Shown piece after piece: positions 15,401 to 30,400 of a stretch of 64,000 nucleotides of DNA. The stretch comes from an uncultured Ectothiorhodospiraceae bacterium (GTDB taxonomy: Bacteria; Pseudomonadota; Gammaproteobacteria; UBA6429; Thiohalophilaceae): the NCBI GenBank assembly GCA_947260005.1, contig CAMYOL010000010.1, positions 26,227 through 90,226 on the forward strand. The letters are read 5' to 3'. The notes below the pieces were generated by a model. The model was not told where the DNA came from. It searched no databases and saw only the letters and a list, made by a program, of their open reading frames with translations. A program made the position numbers and the translations under genes. How positions within the stretch are numbered: the stretch's first letter is position 1; each line of letters opens with the position of its first letter.

Positions 15401-18400
15401 GCTGAGCCACAACCGGCGTTGCATTATTTGGTTGTACTTCAAAAAGTAATACCGTCCCAGTCTGGCCTGTAGAAACAAACAACATATCCTCATGGCTTAA
15501 CATACCTTGTGGGATGACTGGGTTATTGGATAAATCCCGAAGTGATATTGTATTCACGATGGCAAAATCGCCCATCATCAAATCTATCTCATGAATTTGA
15601 GACGTCATCGGAACCATCACACGCAGATAATCAGCATGGATATCCACCTCGGTTGGGATACCACCGAGTTCATTTACGTCAACAGTACGTAATTCAAGTA
15701 AAGTGCGATCAGATTGGATACGATAAATTTTGAGCCCGAAGTCGCCAGTGACATAAAGCAGTTCATCACGAACAGCAATACCATTCACTTCGTCATTTGT
15801 CGCAAAACTAATGTCATCCAAGAGCAACGGTTCAGCTTGCAGGGTAATATCAAAATGATACAGGTGATTACCGCCGATTAAGAACATATCCTGTCCGGCA
15901 ATGGTGAGATCACGGAATCCATCAGGCGGCAAGTTAACATTAAGATGGTACGGGAACATTTCATCTGCAAAAAGTTTCTCAACAATTACAGGATTAACCG
16001 GATCGGAGACATCGGCGACAACTAATTGCCCCCTGCTGGTAGTGGGTCGTCCGAGAATACGTCCCTCGCGATCAATCGCTTCATAACCGCCACCGGTCAC
16101 TGCATAAAGAATTTGGCCGTTCAGTTCTATTGCAGTAACCGGGCTGGAGCTGTGTCCGGTTTGTGATAAATCAACAGAACCCGTTTCACGACCGGCATAG
16201 AAATAGGCATCGTTTAAGGCGCTTAATTCATCCGGGAACAAGGCATTTTCAACCGAAACGGTTACATACCCAAACGTACCTGATGGAGCACGCACTTGTA
16301 CATGACTGCTGCTTAATACGTTTAGATCACCAGCAACATTACCACCAAATTTGACACTTATATTATTATTAAAACCACGCCCGTAAATATCGACAATATT
16401 TCCACCTTGTGGCGGGCCAGACACTGGATAAACATCCTGCAATTCAACTCGTGGCTGAATAACAATCGCACCATTTAATGTTGTCGATAAACCATCCCGG
16501 GTTATGACCACGGGCAAACTCGCACTACCGACACCAAGTAGCATATTCGGTAAGGTGAAACGAATTTCAGTATCGACCAGGCTAATTATCTCTGTCTGGT
16601 TAATAATAGTTTCACCAATTTGCAGGCTTAACTGTGCCACATCGGTACCAAACCCGCTGCCGATAATTGCCGCTTCTTCTGTGCCATCCGCATGGAAGAA
16701 ATAGGAACCAACGATATTATCAACAACACGTCCAACACGATTAATGGAGACCCGATTACTACTAACCAGGTTATAGCTAAATTGTTGCGCCACTAATAAT
16801 GGATCACCACCTATCTCAGTCATACCGGTAGTCACATTTATATTTACCGTGCCATTATTGCTCTGTGCATTGGTGAATTGAATTTCAACATAACCACCGG
16901 CAAGCGTGTTGAAGCCTTCAATTGAATAAGTTCCCTCAGCAAGCGGTACACCACTCTGATTAGTCACCAGAATATCTGCTAACAGCTCAGTCATGTCGGT
17001 ATTAATTAGCTTGTTAAACTGAATACGTATTACTTCAGATTGACTAATTGTCTGACCCGATGCAGGCTGAATATCAGTGATTGCCAGGTCCGGTACGGGT
17101 GTATCAGTAACGCCCTGGTTCGTAGCTATAAATATTCCACCTTGATTCGAAATTATTTCATCGTTACTACCATCGTTTGCCTGCCAGTAAACTGTTTCAT
17201 ATAAACCGGTCGAGGTATCGGGTTGCAGAACAAGATAGTTCTGACCGGCGGTAATTGCGATCTGTCCGTACTGCACTACAAACGAAGCATCATTCAAATC
17301 ATTGATTGTCGCACGCTCAATCAGCTGCACGGTAAATGTTGGTTGAGTTGCCACGTTATCAATAATAACCAGATAGAGTTCACGACCGCGTTTTAACAGA
17401 ACGTACAACTGATCACCCAGCCATTGAATATCAACTGGCTGACCCAACAGTTCACCCTGAGTAAAGATAATAGACTGATAACCGAGAGGTGCGTCCAGTT
17501 CAGGATCATGGATATCAAAGAAACGGATAAAGCCACTGCCAAGTTCATTTGCCACCGACATGGCTAACACACCTGACGTGCGATTGATGGCAACATCCGT
17601 GGCACTGTTACCAGGAACGCCGATATTGGTTATCACGGTAGGCTGACTGTAATCGTGTATATCGACCACCAACAGTCCATCACTTCCGCTGGCTAAATAG
17701 GCCGTATTATCATAGGTAGCTACGCCCGTAACCGGATTTGCGGTACGCAATTGAGCAAGTCGAACGGGACGATCCCAGACATTAATATCGTATATCTCAA
17801 AACCGGACGGCATCAGGAAGCGATTTTCTTCTGTGGGTTCGGTTCCTGCTTTCACACCCAGGAATAAGATATCCTGCCTGATTTCAGCGCCACCGATGAC
17901 CATCGGAGGATAGTTTGGCAAGTCGATATCGCGACCAGCATCCGCAGTATAAGATACTTCTCCTACCAGAATTTCCTGATCCGGCATGGCCAGGAAAATC
18001 TCATAAAGATCGGGTTCAACAACACCGGGTAAACGGAATTCAAATTCACTCAGGGTTTTTACATCATCTTTAAGGTCTGAAATATAAACACCCGGGCTAA
18101 CTTCTTCGGTACGAATCTCATTATTACGTGAACGCATAATGACTTTTGTACCCGGCAATATTGCATCCGTACTTGCTTTCACCGAAATGGTTGCGCCGCC
18201 CGATATCGAACCGGATTCAGGCGATACCTGGAAATTAACCAGAGTTAAATCTTCTGCAATAATAATAGAACCCGGTAATGCGGCAACCAGCTCATTATCT
18301 CTAACACGTAGATGATGTTCACCAAGTTGCAATGGCAACACTTCTAACGCACCAGCAGGTATACGCAATGTCTGAGCACTCACCCATTCGGGTATCAATT

Positions 18401-21400
18401 CATATTGATCCACAAAGACCCTTAACGATGCATCGTTACGGAAATTATCGCCTTGAATCAGGATATCCTGACTATTACCTCGATGGAATACACCATTATC
18501 GACTTGAGTGATTACTGGACGCGTTGCACTTGTCGCAGCGGCACGTACATGTTGCACGTATGGACGCCACAGTGTACGACCACGCAGATTGCGGGCATTA
18601 TTTACTCGAAGCTGATAACGCACACCTGCTTCGCGAGCAAAACTTAACAGATAAGATTGAGCGTGATTTTCAATTAAATTGATTGGGCTAACGGTAAAGG
18701 CGATCGGGCTGTTAGTATCAAGCCGAACCACATCAACCGCACCTGCTTCAGTAATAGATTCCTGAGTTATTCGCTCATTAAACGTTAGCGTGATGTCTTC
18801 GTTAGCTGCCAGATATTGATTTTCATCAACCGAGCTTGTCATGACAAAACTGCCCGGTAACTCGAATGTCATTAAGCCATTTGCGGCACCACCCGATATC
18901 ATTCGGCCTTTATAAACATCCAGACCCTGAATTGATTCGGTATTACCGGCCGATAAGACATAAGGATTTAGTGGTTCGCTTATGTCAACAACAACAACCC
19001 CGCCACCTGAACTCGCTACAAATACAAGATTTCCATAACGTTGTAGCTTAACGGCGGAACCGGCATTCGCCTGTAACTGTGCATCAACTCGCAAGGTGGT
19101 ACGATTATCCGGGCGTTCTTTATGGAATATCTGAATTCCCTCGCCACCGACGGCAACCACTAAATAATCACCGTAGCTCACAACATCAAGGATGTTAGAT
19201 TCAAAACGATATTGGCGAGTCAGGATAGGATCAAAAAGATTAACCGCGCTTAAATTAATTTCTTCTCCGGGTTGCAAAGCCGTAGGTGTGCTTGCAGTAA
19301 ATTCTCTGAATAAACTACATTCCGCAAACGTTTTCCAACGTGTTGCACTGCGTTCACCACCTGCATATAGCCATTCGCCATCACTGTATATCACATTTTG
19401 GCCCGTCAAATTATTAATTTGACCAACATATACAGGATCATTTGCCACGACATAATTCAGACGTTCAATAACACCAACACCATAGCGAGCTATACCGGTT
19501 GAACACGGTTCGAGTGGCATTCTGCCGTCTGCATTTAATGCCCGTGCGGCAAATAAGCTATGACCGTACTTATATATATCAATAACATGATCTGCTTGTT
19601 CGTCATCCAGTACTTGCGACAGGAATTGCAATCCGTTCTGTTCATCCAGATTAAGTCTGGCCACACCGGCACTACCGTTTGCTACATACAGACGCTTACG
19701 CGGTACACCTTCTTCCATTTCAACAGTTGGGAAAAGTTGCAGCGAATCAATGGGCATGGCGATCTCCGAACCATCCAGACTCGCTAATCGATCGGCGTCA
19801 GCTTCACTTAATGTAGACGAACCTCCAACGCTTTGATCGAACTGACGCCCCGCCAGACTTATATACTCAGCATGCCGTAGTAAGGCCGCTCGTCCGTCAG
19901 TACCAGTCGGTAGACTGGGGGCTCCGCCGACCAATTGAGTTTGTAACGGATCCTGGATGTCAAATGAGGCTGCACGAATGGTTTCCGGGAACGGCAAATC
20001 ACTGATCAGTTGGATTTCATATCCTTCTGTTACATAACCCCCGTTTGTAATGGCGACACCGGATTCCTGATCGACATAAATATCACGTGGAAATACTGAC
20101 GACGAGTGTTGTTCGCCCAGCTTACGTAATCCAAAACCAAATCCTTGCTCACCAACCAAGCTACTGCGATTTCCATAACGATCTTCGGCGACAAAGTCAT
20201 TCTTACCACTGGGACCACCTCGGGTGACAATTTCCATTAGCTCGGTCGACAAAACGCGTACACTGGCCACAGGAATAGAACCAATACGCACATCAATTCC
20301 GTCCATCACCGTATTTCCCGGTTCAAACCCGGCACCGTTTACGATAACGGTAGTACCACCGGTATAGGGACCCCATTCAGGTGTAATACTGTTTATTTCG
20401 ATTGGTGCATCGACCATAAGTCCGCCAAACAGAACAGCCCTTTCCCATACACCGGATTTTTCTACCTCAACAGTGACATCATAAAAACCAGCTTCGGATA
20501 TCGCCGGCACATCGGCATAGATAATTGCGGCACGTTCCTGAGTATCATTCGACTGAATCTCAGTCACGGTCGCCTGAACAGAGGAAACATATACCTTCAC
20601 TCGGCTAATATCGGTTGGAATACCCAATCCCGAAATTGAAATTGATTGTGGTTGATTAACTGGAATTCGTCGCGGCAAGGCTGCATCAAGTTGAATTGTA
20701 TCAGGGCGTGAACCGCGATAAACAAGTGGGAAGCGTTGATCCTGTTGTAATGAATACAATACAACATAGCGATCAGCAGGTAAGGGTTTCACTGCATCAA
20801 TGCCCGCCCTGGCAACCAAGGTGATGGCATCCCCGACACTTAACCCATGAGGTTGGCGCAAGGTAATAATCGCATCGTTATTAATAATTTGTGTATCGAT
20901 CGCCAGACTTTCACCATTGCTCCGCAACAGTTCAAAAAGATTTAAATTCGAATCCCAGAGATCGATGGCCTTATTGAAACGCAAATACATGGTCAGGTTA
21001 CCATTCGCATCACGATCCAAAATGCCATTACCGGGATCGATACGATGTATTCGTAACACAACATCTGGTGTTACCTGCACCATACTACCGCCAGACGATG
21101 ATAAACCTGCACTGTAAGCGGCATAGGCACCCGCAAGAACCACTTCGATCGAATTCGTATCATAGGCTTCCATTCCTGCCGTGACGATCGGATTTGCCGG
21201 GTTAGTAACATCAATGGTGAGTATGCCGGCGGCACCTCTGGCAATATATGCGGTGTTACCATTCACTGACACATCAAAGACATGCCCTACAGTATTGACT
21301 CTCGATATCACCCTTGGGTTATTTGAATCCTGAATATCAACGATGACCAGACCCGCATCACCTGCTGATAAATAAGCGATATTACCTTGAACGACGACTC

Positions 21401-24400
21401 GACTGGCCGGTACATCCAGCTCACTGACAACTCGCAGGCCGGCAACCGGGTCCTGCTCTAATATATAAAAGCCTCCGCTTGTTGGATCATCTGCATTCAA
21501 TAAAGTATTGCTTGTCGCAATATATTCACCAGCCACGACTGCGTAACGTGAAGGTTCATTTACAGCCGTGTTCAAACGAGTTAGATCCAATGCTGGTTTG
21601 TTATCAGGTAATCTAATTTGATCTGCAAGATACAGCTTGGTATGTAAATATGCATCAACCAGACCCACACCTGCCGCACCCATCGCAATAACGGCCTGGT
21701 TATTTTTCACTTCGATGCCTCTGGCAAAATCAGATGGTAAAGGCAGCGACTGGATAATCGAGGTATCCGTTATATTGGTCGAATCAAAATTAACAATAAA
21801 CAAACGTGCTGAATTTTCGACGGGTCCGTCTCTGTCAAAACGTGCGGCCGTAACAAATACCCTGTCCACGCCTCGTTCAAAGAAGGTAGCAAGACCTAGG
21901 GCCTCATAACCACCTGGTAATGGCACATGGACAACGATGCGATCATCCGCGCCATCGCCATCAACATCAACTAATTCACGAAGTGAATCACTATTTAACG
22001 GATTACGATCGTCGCCCGTATATGTCGAGGCAGCAATGTTGTAGATAGTTATCCCTGACCCTTGTAAATCTGCTGAGCCCGCCGTAATCAGATACGTCCC
22101 GGTGGGATCCAGCGCCATATCATGTATCCGACCACCATAACGAATATTTGATTGAACTGGCTGCTGATAGGCAAACGCATCTTCCAGAGTAGCCTGTTGT
22201 CCAGTATCCAGTACAACACTAACATCTGACAAACCGATTCGACCTGGTGGCGTCACAACTTCAATGGTGTCAGCATCCAGGACTTTAATATCCTGTTCCA
22301 GCGCGGGAATACCATCAAACAGCACACTTACCCGTGACAAGCCCGGTCTGAAACCACCACCGCTAATTTGTAGTGTTGTGCCGCCATTCACCGATCCTTG
22401 TTCTGGCGACACGCTATTCAAGACCAGCGGTTCGACATATTGTATCGCGCCCACTATTCGGTGCGTGGCACCATTGGCATTCAACACCTGTAATTCGGCT
22501 GGCCCCGCTAAACCCGGTGGCGCATTCAGCACATAACTTGTGTTATTAGAATCAATCTGAGTTGAAGACAGTTCTGCGGCAACTTCACCGGCCAATAAGA
22601 AACTTGGGGCATCGGCATTACGCACGGTAACAGTGAATGGTTCGCCTGATGTTAGAATAATATTCGGCGAAACACTTGTGATAACGGGTTCAGGGTTAGC
22701 ATTGGTTGCGGTATGAAACTCAATAGTATGATCAAACAAGCCAATCGAACGGCGGCTGCCCAAGACGCCATTCAGACGGATTCGATAACTACTATCCGCC
22801 AACAATTCGGTTGAAGGAGTAATCAAGACTCGACGAGCATCTGTCGAATCAAGTTCAATATTAATTGTTACATTTTGCCCTTCAGGTGACCCATCATCGT
22901 AAAGAAGCGCCAAATAATTAGAAAGATAGGCAAGCGCGGTATCCCCTGAAGGAATTGTGATCGGTAAAGTAAAGGTTAAAGCTAATTGCTCACCCGTGGG
23001 GACAGCCGTTGCGCCCGCAAGCGGATAACTTTCAACAAGATCCAAAGTTAAGGTATCTATCAGTAATAGTTCTGAGTCGTTCTCAATTTCTGCTTTTTTA
23101 TAACTAGAGTGTGAAGTCGCAGCCAGGGCTATACCATCATCGGTCATATGTACATATTTGAGGATGCCGGTACGACAATCCAGGACTTTGATACTGTCAA
23201 TTAACGATATTAAATCTGGTCGACTGGTATCAAAAATACTTAAATAGGCATCTCGGGCGTAAAGGTGTTGATCACCGGTAAGCACATCGATGCAGGGAGA
23301 CGACGAACCGATTTCCTTGCCAGTGACAGCAATGGTTGACTGCGCAGCAATCGCCTGATTGCTACCAGGTATATCAAACCCTCGCCCATCGTATTCACCA
23401 AGTCCGCGAATATAATTTGGATAAGTCGAGTCGTGAATACTCACATCACCTACACCGATCGCTTGTGCAAAGGTCTGCGTACCTGCTAAAGGTGTCGATA
23501 ATGAACCCGTAACACTATAACCAAGTTGCGGAAGACTGGGTTTGGTTATATCGAATACAAAACGTGCTGAGCGACTAATCACATGTAATTGGTTACCGAC
23601 AACATTAAGTTCGGTTGGATGTAACGCAACATTAACGCCATCTGCATTACCCTGGTTTAATATTCTAACGACTGAGGGTTTTAATGGATCAGCAATACTG
23701 ACAACGGCCACACCATCTTCACGGCTGGCAACAAATAACAGGTTTCCGAGGCTGTCAATCGAGGTTGGTATACCTTCAAAGTTTAAAGGTAACGCATAAA
23801 GCACATCACGATCTTTGGACTGATCCGGGGCACTTTGACCTGGTAAGCGAGTTTCCCGATCATAAACAAGTACGACTTTCTTGTCTTCATAAGGGGTATC
23901 AATCAATGGGAAATGATAGCCGTGCGCTGTCACATAGACATGCGAATCCGTCAGGTGTATGTCATGCGATATCAGATCCTGCGGTAAATTGAAATAACCA
24001 AGGCCATGCATTGGAGCGGCCTGCCCCAGGTCATCGCGCTGGTAGCTGACAAGTGAAATCCAGCCCGGTGCAAAGTAATGATTAAACTCTTCCAGATTTT
24101 CAGTTTCATTTGGCTGAACATCTCCATCAAGTACGCCACGACCTAATACATAAATGAGTCCGAGATTATGATCCGAGGCAAGACCTGAAATTTTACCCGG
24201 TGGTAACTTTAAGGCATCGGGCACATATGTTAGTGGCGTACTACCGTCCGCACCTAATAATTGATTAATTTCAGATCGACTAAAGGCCTGTTCTGTCTCG
24301 AGTCGACGGTCAACGCTTAAGCGTCCATAGAAGAGAGCATTTGGTAATAAGAAACGTCGTCCATTTGCATCTCTGACTTCAACATCAACAAAACCACGAT

Positions 24401-27400
24401 AGGAACCACCAAAGTCAGGCACTACCCAATCCAGTTGTTCAGCACTGTATAACGATAACCGATCTTGATCGACAGGATTTGTCTCCGCCAGTTCTGGCTG
24501 ACCAGTTGGATAGGCAATTAACTCAACTCCATCATGGAAGCCATAACCAACCACACGAACACGATCGCCAATGAAATTAACTGTGTTTCCTTCGATTACC
24601 TGATTAACACGAACAACAGGGGGATCAATAAAACTGATCTGCAGGATATCAACATAAGTAAATGCACCAATTACCGTATCGATCAGTCCCGCATCATTTG
24701 TAACCTGAATCGCTGCCGGACCCGCATAATTTGGGACGGTACGTGCAAATATTCGTTCATACGGATCTTCAACCGTTGGCGCTTCAATTCGATCTACAAT
24801 TAAACGCTGCCCACCCAAACGAATTTGCGGTGTTTGCCCAAAGTTTAATCCACGGATAATAACGGCTGTTCCACCTTCAATTGAACCCGTTGCAGGTGTA
24901 AGAGAAACGATATCCGGTTGGGCTAAAGCACCTGCGGGTGAAGTACTAAAGGCAAATTGATAGTCTTCGGGTAGCGCTTGACCAGTTAACGGTGTCAATC
25001 CGGCACTTAAGATCACATAGTATTGGCTGTTTAACTGCAGTGGCTGCCCATCATTGCGTGTCAACGTTATAAAGCGATATGCAGGCAGGTTGTCACGCAC
25101 TCCAAAATCAATCGTAAATTGATTGGTAACATCCACACCAATGGTTGGATCATCCTGTACAACCCGTACTGCAGTCGATAAATCAGTATCGGTCGGTAAT
25201 ACGGCTGATAACTCGATTTCTATAGCCGCTAATTCAGTGCTGATATTACGTTCATCACTTACCGGCGTATGTCCCAATATCGAAAGCGTAGGTAAATCAA
25301 TCCGGTTGATTCCTTGCTTACCCGCAGCAACGTGTAATGCACCACGTGCGATCGTTAATCCACGGGCCGCAAAATCAAACGTACCCGCTGGCCGGTGAAT
25401 GATAGCCGGTACAGTTGCATCTTCACGCGGAATCTCCAGTTTGGCCAGATCGATAACTTCAACAAGTGATTCTATCGGGCGATCTTCCTGATCAGAATAA
25501 TGAACAGTGACATAGGCCTTGCCACCCGCAACGGTCACATCGTAACTTCCGTCGGCCACATAATCAGGAACGGCAGGATGTAAATCTACACTGCGTAGTA
25601 ATCGTGGCTGATATGGATCTGCAATACTGATAATGTTTAGCTGTGAAACAAGACCGTCACCTGCCATGTCTGTGACATAAATCTTGTCTCCCACTATTTG
25701 TAACCGGTTCGCCACACCGAAGGTATCCAGAGTAGCTATAATTGGCATCGATGGATCGGCAATATCTGCGATAACCAAGCCTTCATGTGAGGCGGCAATA
25801 AAGGCGTAAGTGTCTTTAATGACAACATCACGACTGAAACCATTTGGTTTGATATAACCAACATGATAAGGCGCGGTGAGGTTACTAATATCCATAACCT
25901 GCACACCACCATTACCATTGGCAACAAAGGCGACATCATCTTTGCGTGCCACACCATAAACATCCGGGTATGGCATATCAATCCGACCCGCTAATAAATA
26001 CGGTAAGCCAAACTGTTCATCACCATTCTGAATAGTAAAGATAAGTAACTCACCATTGGTGTTTTCAGTATAAACACCGCCTGTTTCCGTATTCTGATTA
26101 ATCCGACTTTCCAGGCTAGTAGCAAACCCACCACTGCCCGTTGAATCGATATCTGGTAGTTCACCACTCTTGGCCGCCAACACAAAACCACTGTCGGTAT
26201 AGAGCTCACTGATGGTGCCGGCAAATATTTGTGATGCACCAGCAAGCAATTCGGAATAAACATAGTGATTACCGTCACCAAAATTCAATTCGTTACTGTC
26301 ATCAAGTATAAAAATACCCGTACGCGGTTTAACGCGCTGAGGATCACCAAGTTCCCGTACAAGTTCGTGATCCAGTAAATTACCCAATCCCTCTTCTATT
26401 CGCATAGGATCAACATTGGCCCAGGCCGCTATCATCGCATTAGTCCGATCCGGACTGCGGAATTGACTTACTGCAGTATAATAAACCGATCTGGCTGTAT
26501 CACGAGCCACAGTGCCTGCCGTTGCGGGGTCATTTGTCGCTAAATAACGTTTTTCGCTTATCGGTAAGCCCACTTCATGAATGGTTTCAGATTCAACAGT
26601 ATGATTGGGCGTTTGTACGGAAGTAACAATGCGAACACGTTCATTACGCGCAGCTTCGCGCACTAATATATTACCGTCCACAAAGTCATCCCAATAAATA
26701 TAATAATAATTATCTGGATCACTAACCGGGGTCGTATCGCCGACTGCACGTACATCATTACGAACCAGTTCTCTGAGTACTGAACTAACTTCGACCCAAT
26801 CGCCATTTTCTTCGTTACGAGTTTCTCGGATCCAGTTCATGTAGACACGTCGATCAGTCTCCGAACCAATATCTGTTATCGCAACAACCGCACGAACAGG
26901 TTCATTACTAATGAGAATTTCACCCTCAAATGGTGTTAATACGCCTAAACGTGGAACTACAGTATCCTCAACCAGACCTACACGTACAGGAGCTGTTTGC
27001 ACACTGTGCCCGACCACATCAAAAGCGACCGCATGAATGACAAATCCATTAGCACCTTCGGGGGGAGTAATTGATGAGCCGTAAATATGCTCTTGTGCGA
27101 CCGAACCAACTTGCTGCGAATAGTTATCGTAAACCGTATCTACGGCAACGTCGTTTATATAAAATACGACGCGATCAACACCGTCCACACCCAGGTCATC
27201 GATCACTTCAACCAGAACTTCGATGTTTTGGCCATCGATAATGACCGACTCATCATTGGTCGGTAAAACAATTTGAGCTGTTGGCGGCTGATCTGCAACG
27301 ACTGTCAGGCTCTTTATAGTCGACTGATCTGAAGTATAACCATCAATATCTGTCGCATCCGCTCGGAAATTTAATACTGCGCCAACATTACCTGTTGGTG

Positions 27401-30400
27401 ATTGCATATGGAACTGGAATGGTGCTGACTGATCTTCACCCACCAATTCATATTCACCATTATTCAAAGCCTTATAAAGTCTGACCGAATCAACACCCGC
27501 TTCAGGATCGGAGGCTAATACGTTAACGATAAAGCCCCGCCCTTCTGTTATCTCGGTTATCGTTGCTCCAAGACTGAATCCTCGGCTATCTAATATTTGT
27601 AAATCGGTTACATTTGGAGGTGTATTACGAATTAATGTCATTGGACGGATTACAACAGTCTCATTACCTGCGCCATCACGAGCGATGAAATGTAACTCCA
27701 TGGCAAGCTGATCAACACCTTCAGCCTGTGTGCCTAAATATTCCTCCAGTGTGCCGACACGCAAATTTCCGGCATAAGGTGCTGCCAGCATTTGATGTTG
27801 AACGACCACTTCATCCTCAGTGAATGCTCCATCAAGATTTTTGTCAGCTCGCAGCTGGCTAGTAAAGATACTAACCCGAACGTTATCATCCGCCTCAGCC
27901 ACAAACGGGAAGCTACGCCGTTCAACAACTGTCGTACCACTGCTCACTGGTAACTGAACATTCACTTCCGGTGCCTGGGTATCTGCTTGTACCAATACCA
28001 CGGTTGGCGATAGTGTCGTCGCGATACGCGGATTACCAGACAATCGATATTCAGTTGCACTCGCTGTCATAGAGACATCAGTCCCTGCCTGGCCATAGGG
28101 TATCGATATCAAAAATTCATAAGGGAAACTGGTATCGGTAAAGGTTCGATCACCACTGGTTAGTCCAGCAACATCAAGCACTACTCGTTCCAGTCCAACG
28201 TCATCAACACCATTAACCTGGACGAGCATGTATTCACCTTCAATTACCGTGCTTAGATTAGCAGGAACTGAAATAGCTACGGTTGGTGGTTGATCTTCGA
28301 TGATCTCAATTGTAAATTCTTCAATCGCTCTATGTTGATCCAGATCACCGAATGCTGCCCCATAGGTATCAATTGCTTCAACCCGTAATGTTACTAAATT
28401 ATTTGCTGCCGTTTGTGCATCGTAGGCTGGCATCGTCACTGCAAAACCATACGGTGGTTGGCGTAACAAAACATTGTATATCTCAGAATTACCCGCCGCA
28501 TGAGTAGCCACCAATCGCAAGGAATCTATTCCTACATCGTCAAATGCATTTACATTAACCGACAACTGGGTTGATTCAACAATTCTTGAACCTGGTGCGG
28601 GACTGGCAATATCAACAACAGGACGCTCATCAATGCGAACAGGATAGCGGATCTCACGTGTACGAGAATTACCTGATGCGTCACGAGCAACAACTCTAAT
28701 CCAGATATCAAAAAGTTCAGTACCCGTGATCGTTTGGTTGGGGAAAAGATTGATAATATCTGCCAGACGATCAACATGAATAAGTTGTAAGAATTCTGGT
28801 GTGTCTATATTAAGCGTCGTAACCGGTTCAAAATCACGATCTTCAATCGCAGTAATAGTCCGTAGTGGTGTTCCAAATGAATTAGTAACATATTCACCGC
28901 TATTTAGTTGCACACCATAGGTCGTATACAATTCTAACTGAGTGACTTTCACATTATCAAAACCACGGAAACCCAGAGTGAAATCAGAAAATTCACTTGG
29001 ACCATAATCAATAGCAGGTTGTGTTATCGCAACTTCCGGATTGATTTCATCAGCCGCGGCCTCGATAGTGATTTCATGCCGAGCAACCGCATTATCCGAG
29101 TCACGAATTAATGCTGTCAGGGTAACTGATTCATTCGAGTCAATCAGACCTGATGGTACCGATAAAACAAACCCTTCAGTGAGTGCATTCGCGCTGCTTC
29201 GACGACCAAATTCATTGGCCAAATCGACCGTATAATTTTGCGCAATATCAGCATACATACTACTAAAGGCTTGTTGTATTGCTCCTGCACCGCCTATTTC
29301 ATCATCAAGACGGATGGCATTGATTTCCTCCAGTAAGGTCAGCCGAACCCCATTTGCATAAACTTCGATATTTTGACTGGATAATACCCGATCATCCGTA
29401 GCCACCACGCCAACTTTAATTAAGAATGTACCCGCCACAATAAATTGGCCATCCGCTGGTGAGGTGATACGAATACCTGGCACCATATTTGTCAGAGGAT
29501 GAACCAGTATTGTTCTTACCGAAGTATTACCATAGGTATCTTCCACAACCAACTCATATTCAGTCGGTTCTGTTTGATTAAAATTAATTGTATTAAATGC
29601 AGAAGTATGACGAATTGGTAACGATGGACAGCTATTATTATATTGCGCACTAAATTCCTCAATGCGATTACCGTTTCGATCAAGGCGGAAAACTCTGTAG
29701 TTGTTAAGCCCCGCATCATCATCCAGGTCGACACGAAGATTAAAATCACTGCCAACACGAACCCAAAATTCACCATAGTTCAGACGCTCAGGTTCAGTGA
29801 TACTACGATAGGCATTAAACTCACGAAGATTTATAGTTGGATTTTCATTCGGTCCAATCGGGAAAATCAGGTTCTGTGTGGTACTTGCTCCACTGTGATC
29901 GGTTACAACGGCCAGCAACTCCAGCTCACCACCTGTAAGATCACGCGGAACTTCATAAGGTATCGAATATCTTTGCTGTTGATATTTACCTCCTAACTCA
30001 CGAACCAGGTTGGTACGATTTTCATATAACTGAATACTGCGGATGCCTTCAGAATTATCAATAATATCAAAATCGATGGTAAACCGTTTCATTGGCACTA
30101 CTTGTGTACCGGTTGCCGGTGAAGTAATGGTTAACTCTGGAGAGATATCGTCCGGGTTGATTCGGTGGTTAGCCAAAATATTTAATGGGACTGCAGCACG
30201 TTCATGTGAGAAACGATCAGTTGCATGCGCCAATATTTGCATAGCCTGGATATCGTACGGTATGGGCAATGGCAATACATGCGATGTTGTCTCCTGCGGC
30301 CTGACCGCAGCATTGTGCATACGACTAACAATAAATCCTGACGAAGCATACTCTTGTTGATCTTTTATCTGGACAACAAACTCCGACTCGACCTCTATCT

